This document shows, piece by piece, positions 47,209-54,727 of a stretch of DNA of 54,727 nt (position 1 is the stretch's first letter; each line of letters opens with the position of its first letter). Location of the stretch: contig DATADW010000382.1 in the NCBI GenBank assembly GCA_036258335.1, forward strand, positions 1 to 54,727. Direction: 5' to 3'. The notes beneath the pieces were generated by a model. The model was given only the letters and a program-made list of their open reading frames with translations. It was not told the DNA's origin and ran no database searches. The position numbers and the translations under genes are program-made. The DNA is from Acidimicrobiia bacterium (lineage in GTDB: Bacteria; Actinomycetota; Acidimicrobiia; Spongiisociales; DATADW01).

Positions 47209-47982
47209 TCAGCACCGGCCGAGGAACACCTCGGCGCCCTCAGGCCATTCGCCCGAGTCGGGCACATCCACAGCCGTCGCCTTGAAGCCAACATCTTCGA
47301 GCAAGCGGAGCCAGGTGGCACGGGGAAAAACCCCGAGAAAGTGGCGGTCCTGCTCGATCCGGACGCTGCCGTCTCCCGCTCGCAGCAAGATGGCGAAATC
47401 CACCACGTACTGCTGGTCGCGCGGGTCGGGGTCCCAGGTCCATTCCAGGTATCGCAGCGCCTTCCCCTCCCCGTCCCGGCCACCATGGTCTGTTGACGGT
47501 CGAAGGCTCTCTCTGGTCCAGTCGGGCACGAACAAGGCGACCCCACCGGAGGCACAGTGCCGATGGGCGGTCTCCATGGCGCCTCGTAGGTCCTCTTCGG
47601 TAGTGAGGTACATGACCGCGTCATGGACGAAGACGGCGTCAAACCGGCGGCCCAGACGGACGGTTCTCATGTCGCCGACAGCGTGTTCGCACTCGGGATT
47701 GAGCACCCGGCTCACCTCGATCATCGCCGGCGACAGATCGACCAGGGTCATGTCGAAATGCCGGCGCAGGTGAAAGGCGTTGTTTCCCCCTCCGCTGCCC
47801 AACTCGAGGACGGTCCGCCTGGTGCGCGACCCGTCTGCAAGCAACGCGGCGTAGAAGGTCGCCTCCTCGACATAGTCGTCGGGGTGGCTGAACAGAGGCC
47901 ACCATTCGGCAAGCCGCTCATATAGGGCGGGAAGGTGCTGGACCGGTCCGTTCGCCATCCCGGCATCGTACGGCTGGGTCAT
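47209..47982 (-). CDS. Class I SAM-dependent methyltransferase
   Basis: Trimmed to ATG 47982 (MTQPYDAG...). Motif I VLELGSGGGN, then FDAVFVHDAVMYL. Confidence 0.75.
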   Translation of the reverse strand: MTQPYDAGMANGPVQHLPALYERLAEWWPLFSHPDDYVEEATFYAALLADGSRTRRTVLELGSGGGNNAFHLRRHFDMTLVDLSPAMIEVSRVLNPECEHAVGDMRTVRLGRRFDAVFVHDAVMYLTTEEDLRGAMETAHRHCASGGVALFVPDWTRESLRPSTDHGGRDGEGKALRYLEWTWDPDPRDQQYVVDFAILLRAGDGSVRIEQDRHFLGVFPRATWLRLLEDVGFKATAVDVPDSGEWPEGAEVFLGRC

Positions 47983-47993
47983 AGGATTCCGCC

Positions 47994-48635
47994 ATGGCCG
48001 ATGTGGGCGCACTCGAGGTCGGCGCCGATGGCAGGGCGCGCTGCTGGTGGGGAGCAAGCCCGCCCGAGTACGCCATCTACCACGACGAGGAGTGGGGTCG
48101 GCCCGTGGGCGACGACCGCCTGCTGTTTGAGAAGCTGTGCCTGGAGGGATTCCAGGCGGGTTTGTCCTGGCTCACCATCCTGCGCAAGAGGCCCGCCTTC
48201 CGAGCTGCCTTCGCCGGGTTCGATATCGCGGCGGTTGCCGGGTTCGGGGAAGCGGACGTGTCCCGCCTCCTCAATGATCCGGGGATTGTCCGTCACCGCG
48301 GCAAGATCGCCGCAGCAATAGGCAATGCCGGCTTGGCTCTGCGGCTGATCGAGGAGCAGGGCTCGCTAGCCGCATATGTTTGGAGCTACGTCCCCGAAGT
48401 GCCCGAGGTGGCACCGAGCCTGCGTTCAATTTCGCCCGAATCGAGCGCGATGAGCCGAGATCTGAAACGACGAGGCTGGTCGTTTGTCGGGCCCACGAGC
48501 GTGTATGCCTTCATGCAGGCGATGGGGCTGGTCAACGACCACCTGGTCGGCTGCTGGGCACGCGACGAGGTCGGGGCCGCACGGACCAGATTCCTGTCAT
48601 CCTTTCCGGAACCGACCGACCAACTTCTGTGTTGA
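47994..48635 (+). CDS. tag: DNA-3-methyladenine glycosylase I
   Basis: RCWWG...YHDEEWGRP...[23 protein letters not shown]...[21 protein letters not shown]. Confidence 0.9.
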   Translation: MADVGALEVGADGRARCWWGASPPEYAIYHDEEWGRPVGDDRLLFEKLCLEGFQAGLSWLTILRKRPAFRAAFAGFDIAAVAGFGEADVSRLLNDPGIVRHRGKIAAAIGNAGLALRLIEEQGSLAAYVWSYVPEVPEVAPSLRSISPESSAMSRDLKRRGWSFVGPTSVYAFMQAMGLVNDHLVGCWARDEVGAARTRFLSSFPEPTDQLLC

Positions 48636-48657
48636 CCAAGCTATCGAAAGGAGCACC

Positions 48658-49065
48658 ATGACAGACACCGAGCGGACCGAACTCCCAACCACCGAGGAGG
48701 GATGGCGGAGCAGGCTCACGCCAGAACAGTACGAAGTACTCCGGCGAGAGGGGACCGAGCGGGCATTCACCGGCGTCTACTGGAACGAGAAGGAGCCCGG
48801 GCTCTACCGCTGCGCCGGGTGCGGTACGCCCTTGTTCTCGTCGGACACCAAGTACGACTCGGGAACCGGGTGGCCCAGCTTCTGGGAGCCGGTATCTCCC
48901 ACCGCCATCGAGAGCCGCGACGACTTCAGCACGGGGATGGCGCGCACCGAGGTGCGTTGTGCCACCTGCCATGGCCACCTCGGGCACGTCTTCCCCGACG
49001 GGCCACAACCGACCGGTCTGCGCTACTGCATGAACTCCGCCGCGCTGGACCTAGAGCGGAGCTAG
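48658..49065 (+). CDS. msrB: Peptide-methionine (R)-S-oxide reductase
   Basis: ATG 48658 preceded by [17 protein letters not shown]...GWPSF...[12 protein letters not shown]...RYCMNS. Confidence 0.9.
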   Translation: MTDTERTELPTTEEGWRSRLTPEQYEVLRREGTERAFTGVYWNEKEPGLYRCAGCGTPLFSSDTKYDSGTGWPSFWEPVSPTAIESRDDFSTGMARTEVRCATCHGHLGHVFPDGPQPTGLRYCMNSAALDLERS

Positions 49066-49185
49066 ACGGAAGACGGCAGACTCCCTATCCGTCCCCCCGG
49101 AGGGGGGAAGGTGATACCCGCCGCCGCCATGAGAGCCACCCCCTCCGCTCGCTCGGCTCGCGCCTCCCCTCACCGGGGGAGGCAC
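49065..49185. repeat. Intergenic mosaic repeat, copy E6 (reverse orientation relative to E1)
   Basis: It starts on the last base of the msrB stop: GACGGAA-GACGGCA, CCGTCCCCCCGGAGGGGGGAAGG, then CCACCCCCTCCGCTCGCTCGGCTCGCGCCTCCCCTCACCGGGGGAGGC. Long matches to the reverse complement of 12581-12628 and 12681-12732. Confidence 0.8.
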
Positions 49186-49241
49186 AGCCTGAACCGCGTC
49201 ATCGAAGGCGTAGCCGCGGGTTTCGTAGATAGCCTCCGGCG

Positions 49242-50018
49242 ATGGGCCGGGTTATCGCGGTCGCCAACCAGAAGGGCGGGGTGGCCAAGACCACAACGGT
49301 TCACTCTTTGGGGGCTGCGCTCGCCGAGCGGGGGCGCCGGGTCTTGTTGGTGGACCTCGACCCCCAGGCGGGGCTCACCTACTCCGCCGGGATCGACGCC
49401 GACCAGCTACAGCAGTCGCTCTTCGACGTACTCATGGGTCAGGTCGACGCCGGGGCAGTTCTATGGGAGGCATCCGGCTGCGACATCCTCCCCGCCGCCA
49501 TAGACCTCGCCGGCGCGGAGGTGCATCTGGTGGCCCGCACCGGTCGAGAGCACGCGCTGGCGCGATCGTTGGCGCCGGTGCTCGACCGCTACGACTTTGT
49601 GATTCTCGACTGCCCGCCATCGCTCGGGATCCTCACGATCAACGGGCTGACGGTGGCGACCGAGGTCCTCATTCCCCTGCAGCCGGAAACCCTGAGCCAC
49701 CGGGCGGTGGGGCAGTTGCTCGAAACGGTCGAGGAGGTGCGCACCTTCACCAACCCCGGTCTGACCGTGCTTGGCGTGGTGGCGACCATGTACGACGGCC
49801 GTACCAGATTGGCCCGCCGGATCCTCGAGCAGGTGGGAGACATCTATCGGGTAAGCCTGCTCGAGCCTCCCATCCCCCGCTCAATCCGGGTGGCGGAGTC
49901 CCCGGGGAGGGGATTGTCGGTCTTGGAGCACGCCCCCCGATCAACGGCCGCACAGGCCTACCGGGAGCTCGCCGCGGTCCTCGACGGTGAGGCAGCGGCA
50001 CCGGAGCCCGCCTTCTGA
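49242..50018 (+). CDS. ParA/Soj-family ATPase with no adjacent ParB
   Basis: 258 aa. Deviant Walker A NQKGGVAKTTT, then LLVDLDPQ and ILDCPPSLG. Confidence 0.85.
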   Translation: MGRVIAVANQKGGVAKTTTVHSLGAALAERGRRVLLVDLDPQAGLTYSAGIDADQLQQSLFDVLMGQVDAGAVLWEASGCDILPAAIDLAGAEVHLVARTGREHALARSLAPVLDRYDFVILDCPPSLGILTINGLTVATEVLIPLQPETLSHRAVGQLLETVEEVRTFTNPGLTVLGVVATMYDGRTRLARRILEQVGDIYRVSLLEPPIPRSIRVAESPGRGLSVLEHAPRSTAAQAYRELAAVLDGEAAAPEPAF

Positions 50019-50019
50019 C

Positions 50020-50601
50020 TCAGGCGGCGAGCGGGGCCGCCTCGATCATCCGTGTCAGCGGATGGCGCTCCTCAGCGCTGATCAACTCGGCGGCAGGGCC
50101 GGTTGCCAGATCGACCACCACGGTCGCACCTTCAACCTCCGTCACGGTGCCGCCGAGTCGCTCAAGTAAGGCGAGCATCCGATGGTTGTCGGCGAGCAGA
50201 TGGGCTTTGAGCAGGGCAATGCCGTTGTGCTCCGCAGCCAACGCGGTCGCCGAGACCAGGAGGCTCCCAACACCGCGCCCCTGGAACTCGTCGACCACTG
50301 TGACCGCAAGCTCGGCGATTTCTGGCGACTGGTTCAACCGGACGTAACGGGCGGTAGCCACTGGCCGCTCCTCGGGGAGCGGGCCGAGGACCCCCCAGGC
50401 GAAGTGATCGATCTGGTCCACCTGGGTGAAGTAGTCGAGTTGGCGCGGGGTGAGCCGTGAGGTCGGGGCCATGAATCGCCGGTAGCGGGACTCATCGGAC
50501 AACGAATCGAATCCGGCCGCGATCAGGTCTCTATCGGAGCGCTTCAGTGGGCGGACCGATATCGCGGTGCCGTCGCGCAGGGTGTGAATGTGGGTCTGCA
50601 T
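50020..50601 (-). CDS. GNAT-family N-acetyltransferase, Pat/AcuA-like stand-alone domain
   Basis: Trimmed to ATG 50601. LSDESRYRRFMAP and the acetyl-CoA motif EFQGRGVGSLL. Confidence 0.7.
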   Translation of the reverse strand: MQTHIHTLRDGTAISVRPLKRSDRDLIAAGFDSLSDESRYRRFMAPTSRLTPRQLDYFTQVDQIDHFAWGVLGPLPEERPVATARYVRLNQSPEIAELAVTVVDEFQGRGVGSLLVSATALAAEHNGIALLKAHLLADNHRMLALLERLGGTVTEVEGATVVVDLATGPAAELISAEERHPLTRMIEAAPLAA

Positions 50602-50616
50602 GTCGATGATGTGGAG

Positions 50617-50634
50617 TGCTTGCAATTGCAAGCA
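50617..50634. promoter_or_regulatory. 18-bp perfect palindrome in the divergent GNAT / glycoside-hydrolase-like spacer
   Basis: TGCTTGCAA-TTGCAAGCA, which is AT-rich relative to its surroundings. It lies 16 nt upstream of the GNAT ATG and 54 nt upstream of the opposite ATG. Confidence 0.4.
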
Positions 50635-50687
50635 TAACGCTCGCTGCATGTTATCGGCAGTTCCGTAGCTAGCCTTTCGCGACCTCA

Positions 50688-52253
50688 ATGCGACCGCTAC
50701 GGCACCAACAACTGGTGCTGGTCAGCGGGACGGCTGTCCTGTCGCTCGTCCTGACGGGTTGCCTCCCCGACGCCATCACCCCGCTTCCAGGTGACCGCCT
50801 GGACGATGGCGGCGGCGCGGTCGCGATCGCAACCACGGTCCCAGACACCCCCCTCCTCCAGGTCAAGGTGATCGACGACCGGGGAGACCCCGTGTCCAAG
50901 GCAAAGGTGCGGTTCGACGGGTCCACCCCCATGATCACCGCCGACGACGGTCTGGCCTCGGTCCCCTGGCAGGGCGCACCTGTCGAGGTGGTGGCAGCGG
51001 CGCGCGGCTTCACCCCGGCGACCCTGGTCGTGGAGAAGAGGCGCCAAGAGCCGCTCGAGCTGACCATGGATCCCGTCGTGCTCGAAGGACGGGTCACCAA
51101 CGACGAGGGCGCCGGGATCGGTGGAGTCACGGTGAGCCTGGGTGGCACACATGCGGTCACGACACCGAAAGGCCGGTTCTCCTTGCGTCGGGTCGTGCCC
51201 GGTGAGGTTGTCGTCTCCAAGCCCGGTTGGGAGAAGAAGTCCATCGAATGGGTGGGAAGGCGCAACCAACTCGAATTGAGCCTGGAGCCCTTTATGGCCC
51301 GCGGTCTCCACATCGGCGGTTGGGTGGTGGCGCAGGACCGCTGGGAGTCGCTGCTCGATCTGGCCGACCGGACCGAGATCAACACCATGGTGGTGGACGT
51401 CAAGGACGAGTCGGGGATGGTCTTCCACATGAGCGACGTTCCGGTGGCAAGGCGCATCGGCGCCCGCCGCACCGACTACGACGCCGTCGAGCTCGCCACG
51501 ACCATGGACGATCGCGACATCTACCTGGTCGGCCGGGTCGTGGCATTCCAGGATCCTGTGGCCGCCCAAGCCATCCCCAAGATGGCTGTGATGGACCGCG
51601 CCACAGGCGAGCCATTCACCAAGAACGGCCAGTGGTTCCTCGACCCCACCGATCACGCCGCACAGAAATACGCCATCGACATCGGGGTCGAAGCCTGCCG
51701 GGCCGGGTTCGACGAGATCCAGTTCGACTATGTCAGATACCCGGATGGGTATCCCGACTCGGCCCGTTTCGACGGGCCGACCAGCGAGGAAGGACGCGTG
51801 AAGACCATCACTCGGTTCCTCGAAACGGCACGCGACCGGCTCCATGCGGAGGGATGCGCGGTGGGCGCCGACATCTTCGGCTTCATCGTGTCGATACCCG
51901 ACGACGGCGGCATCGGACAGCGCCTCGAGGAGTTGACCAATGCGGTCGACGTCGTCTCACCCATGGTCTATCCGAGCCACTACGGGACCGGATGGTTCGG
52001 CCACGACTGCCCCAATAACCACCCCGGCTCGGTGATGTCGGGCGCACTGGACGACGCATTGGACCGCCCTCTCGGGACGGCACAGATCCGTCCCTGGATC
52101 CAGGATTTCGATTGGACGCCCTGTGGCACCACCGAATACAGGGTCGCCGAGCTACGAGACCAAATTGATGCGGCCACCGCCAGGGACATGGGATACATGG
52201 TGTGGAACGCAGCCTCCCTCTTCACCGAGGGCGCCTTCCGGCCCGAGGGCTAG
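50688..52253 (+). CDS. Lipoprotein with carboxypeptidase-regulatory-like N-domains and a DUF4015-type putative glycoside-hydrolase TIM barrel
   Basis: Lipobox VLSLVLTGC. MVVDVKDESG...YLVGRVVAFQDP...WFLDPT...GFDEIQFDYVRYP...SPMVYPSHY. Confidence 0.65.
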   Translation: MRPLRHQQLVLVSGTAVLSLVLTGCLPDAITPLPGDRLDDGGGAVAIATTVPDTPLLQVKVIDDRGDPVSKAKVRFDGSTPMITADDGLASVPWQGAPVEVVAAARGFTPATLVVEKRRQEPLELTMDPVVLEGRVTNDEGAGIGGVTVSLGGTHAVTTPKGRFSLRRVVPGEVVVSKPGWEKKSIEWVGRRNQLELSLEPFMARGLHIGGWVVAQDRWESLLDLADRTEINTMVVDVKDESGMVFHMSDVPVARRIGARRTDYDAVELATTMDDRDIYLVGRVVAFQDPVAAQAIPKMAVMDRATGEPFTKNGQWFLDPTDHAAQKYAIDIGVEACRAGFDEIQFDYVRYPDGYPDSARFDGPTSEEGRVKTITRFLETARDRLHAEGCAVGADIFGFIVSIPDDGGIGQRLEELTNAVDVVSPMVYPSHYGTGWFGHDCPNNHPGSVMSGALDDALDRPLGTAQIRPWIQDFDWTPCGTTEYRVAELRDQIDAATARDMGYMVWNAASLFTEGAFRPEG

Positions 52254-52302
52254 TCGCAGAGTCGCCCAAAGCTGTGCCCCGTGCCGTCTAGCGTCAGTCC
52301 CG

Positions 52303-53940
52303 ATGCCGCCGACTCATCAGGTCCTGAACCAGCCACCCCCCCTGGTCGGCTACGACCTGTTCACCACCGATCCGCTCCTCGGTGAGGCGGTCGATGCGTG
52401 CGGCGCAGGCTCGTCCAACTCCGATCTGCCCGGCTTCGGGAGGCTGGTGGGGTCGCCTGAGGTCTTCCAATGGGGATTCGACGCCAATCGATTCCCTCCC
52501 CGCCTACGGACCCACGACGCATACGGGCACCGGGTAGACGAGGTGGAGTATCACCCCTCGTGGCACAACCTGCTCGACCTGGCGGTGACCCATGGGCTGC
52601 ACTCTCTTCCCTGGGAGGACCGACAGGCCGCCCAGGTGACCCGGGCCGCTCTCACCTACATGAGCTCCCAGGTCGAGGCGGGTCACTGGTGCCCGATCTC
52701 GATGACGGCATCGGCGGTTCCGGCGTTGCGGGTCCAGCCAGAGGTCGCCGCCGAGTGGGAGCCATTGCTGATGAGCCGTTCCTACGACAGCTCCAGCCAG
52801 CCCGCTTCGAAGAAGGCCGGTGTGCTGATGGGGATGGCGATGACCGAGAAACAGGGCGGCTCCGACGTGCGGGCCAACCTGACCGGTGCGGTCCCGATCG
52901 ACGGCGGTGGCCCGGGGGCCGAGTACCTCCTCACCGGGCACAAATGGTTCTGCTCGGCCCCGATGAGCGACGCATTCCTCGTGCTGGCCCAGGCTCAGGA
53001 TGGGCTGTCCTGTTTCCTCGTCCCGCGCTGGACCCCGGATGGTGAGCGGAACACCGTCTACCTCCAGCGGCTCAAGGACAAGCTGGGGAACCGTTCGAAC
53101 GCCTCGGCCGAGATCGAGTTGGACGCTGCCTGGGGCAGGCTGCTCGGTGAGGAGGGTCGGGGCGTTCCCACCATCATCGAGATGGTGGCCGGCACCAGAC
53201 TCGACTGTGTGATCGGCTCGGCGGCGCTGATGAGACAGGCTATGTCCCAGGCGGCGCACCACGCCGCCCATCGGACCGCATTCGGCCGCAAGCTGTTCGA
53301 CCAACCCCTCATGCTGGCCGTGCTCGCCGATCTCGAGATCGAGACCCAGGCTGCGGTGGCGCTGATGGTCAGGGTGGCGGCGAGTTTCGATGCAGCACCG
53401 ACCGACCCCAAGGAGGCCGTGCTGCGCCGCATCATCACCCCCGTCGCCAAGTACTGGGTCACGAAGCGGGCGCCGCAGGTGGTCGCTGAGGCGGTCGAGT
53501 GTCTTGGCGGCAACGGTTACGTCGAGGAGTCGATCATGCCGCGCCTCTACCGCGAGGCTCCACTCAACTCGATCTGGGAGGGCTCGGGCAACGTCATCTG
53601 CCTAGATGTGCTGCGCGCCGTATCGCGTGACCCGGGGACGGTTGACGCTCTACTCGACGAGGTTTCAGAGGGAGCTGGTGCCGACCGCCGTCTCGCCGCC
53701 GCCCATCAGCGTCTCAAGGGGGCCGTGGCGAGCCCAACCAACGAGCGGGGCGCCCGACGCCTGGTCGAGCAGATGGCCCTGGCCATCCAGGGCTCCCTGT
53801 TGGTCAGGTGGGGGCGTCATGAGGTGGCTGATGCCTTCTGCGCCTCGAGGCTAGATCCCGACCACGGGCTGGCACTTGGCACACTGCCGCCCGACCTGGA
53901 CCATCGGGCGATCGCCGCCGCCGCGGTGCCGAGACCATGA
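52303..53940 (+). CDS. aidB: AidB-like acyl-CoA dehydrogenase-family protein
   Basis: Trimmed to ATG 52303. YHPSWH, MTEKQGGSDV, GHKWFCSAP, LSCFLVPRW, LKDKLGNRSNASAEIE. Confidence 0.85.
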   Translation: MPPTHQVLNQPPPLVGYDLFTTDPLLGEAVDACGAGSSNSDLPGFGRLVGSPEVFQWGFDANRFPPRLRTHDAYGHRVDEVEYHPSWHNLLDLAVTHGLHSLPWEDRQAAQVTRAALTYMSSQVEAGHWCPISMTASAVPALRVQPEVAAEWEPLLMSRSYDSSSQPASKKAGVLMGMAMTEKQGGSDVRANLTGAVPIDGGGPGAEYLLTGHKWFCSAPMSDAFLVLAQAQDGLSCFLVPRWTPDGERNTVYLQRLKDKLGNRSNASAEIELDAAWGRLLGEEGRGVPTIIEMVAGTRLDCVIGSAALMRQAMSQAAHHAAHRTAFGRKLFDQPLMLAVLADLEIETQAAVALMVRVAASFDAAPTDPKEAVLRRIITPVAKYWVTKRAPQVVAEAVECLGGNGYVEESIMPRLYREAPLNSIWEGSGNVICLDVLRAVSRDPGTVDALLDEVSEGAGADRRLAAAHQRLKGAVASPTNERGARRLVEQMALAIQGSLLVRWGRHEVADAFCASRLDPDHGLALGTLPPDLDHRAIAAAAVPRP

Positions 53941-54581
53941 CCGACCCACCGGTCCCCGCCGTCATCGTTGAACACCGGCTCCCACCTTCCATGTTGCGCC
54001 TCGTCGCCGGTGTCGTCGCCCTCGGCCTCGAGCGGCTCACCGATTACGCAGCGGCATTGGAGGCACGCCTCGCCATGGTCCCTGGAGACCCGGCGAGCGA
54101 GGAGACGCGGCGTGCCACAGCCCTGGCCGTAGGCGCAATCCTCTCGCTGCCCGACTATGCCAGGGCGGCGCTGGCCACCACCGGCCGGGCGAGACGATCG
54201 GTTGGGCGGTTCACCGGCCCGGTGACCTCGTTGTTCTCCGCGGTGTGGCCGGGATCTGTGGTGGCTGACCGCGTCGACAATATCCGGCTCATGGTCCAAG
54301 AGGAGATCGAGCGGGTTGTCACTCTGGGACGGCTCGAGGCTCCCCGCGCCGAGGAGATGGCGATCCGGGCCATCGAAGAGGGTGTTTCCGGTTTCATGGG
54401 ACGACTCGCCAAGAGCGATGCGCTGCGCGATCTGGTCACCGACGCCAGCGCCGGACTGACCCAGACTGCGGTGGCGGAGGTGAGGGATGCCGCCGCCGAC
54501 GTCGACGACCACGCCGAGGCGTTCGTCCGGCGGCTGCTGGGACGGCCCAAGCGCGCACCACAAACTTCTCGATCGCAGTGA
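53937..54581 (+). CDS. Hypothetical protein (214 aa), coupled to aidB by an ATGA overlap
   Basis: High GC3, Ala/Arg-rich and helical. No family recognised. Confidence 0.45.
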   Translation: MTDPPVPAVIVEHRLPPSMLRLVAGVVALGLERLTDYAAALEARLAMVPGDPASEETRRATALAVGAILSLPDYARAALATTGRARRSVGRFTGPVTSLFSAVWPGSVVADRVDNIRLMVQEEIERVVTLGRLEAPRAEEMAIRAIEEGVSGFMGRLAKSDALRDLVTDASAGLTQTAVAEVRDAAADVDDHAEAFVRRLLGRPKRAPQTSRSQ

Positions 54582-54727
54582 ACGACCCGATCGAGGATCG
54601 GGTGGGGACGACCGCCGGGTTCATCAGCCGTGCCCTCGCCATCGCCACGGACACGGTGCTGCTCACCGTGATCATCGCCGGCGGTGGGTGGGTCGTCCGG
54701 AGCTTCATCGATCTGATCCTGGGATCG
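54578..54727 (+). CDS. Partial CDS (N-terminus), possibly an RDD-family membrane protein
   Basis: GTG 54578 in a GTGA overlap with the previous stop. VNDPIEDRVGTTAGFISRALAIATDTVLLTVIIAGGGWVV runs off the window. Confidence 0.35.
   Translation, partial: MNDPIEDRVGTTAGFISRALAIATDTVLLTVIIAGGGWVVRSFIDLILGS

Overview
This is a high-GC segment (about 68-70% judged by eye, not computed). Its gene content suggests Actinomycetota, though that is an inference: ClpS plus DUF2017, an Ssd/CpaE-like protein, a DinB/mycothiol-type enzyme, a membrane HdrD/GlpC-like Fe-S oxidoreductase and Pat-type GNAT. I support about 55 tightly packed CDS, mostly housekeeping or metabolic, and many are translationally coupled through ATGA/GTGA stop-start overlaps. 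They include a form-II coxS-L-M-type molybdo-hydroxylase, a secreted lyase-like protein with SLH repeats, clpS, pheA, a GH13 enzyme, pspA, bcp, udk-proC-proline dehydrogenase, a GMC oxidoreductase, both subunits of a biotin-dependent acyl-CoA carboxylase, plsY, metX, vapBC, an H+-pyrophosphatase behind a DtxR-family regulator, a heterodimeric ABC exporter, an ApbE/ferric-reductase-like operon, aconitase X, a sulfite-oxidase-family protein, tag, msrB, an orphan ParA and aidB. I recognised no rRNA, tRNA, CRISPR array, transposase or integrase. Three things stand out. (1) A coupled 2-phosphoglycerate kinase and cyclic-2,3-diphosphoglycerate synthetase pair, a pathway known from hyperthermophilic methanogens. 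(2) A mosaic repeat family found only between genes, built from (GACGGAA)n heptamer arrays, C-run/G-run hairpins and a conserved 21-nt core. It occupies six co-directional gene spacers and brackets the vapBC cassette. (3) An ApbE plus b-heme ferric-reductase-like operon with three small membrane-anchored proteins and no recognisable FMN-binding substrate domain. All functional calls rest on motif recognition by eye, and no database search was possible.
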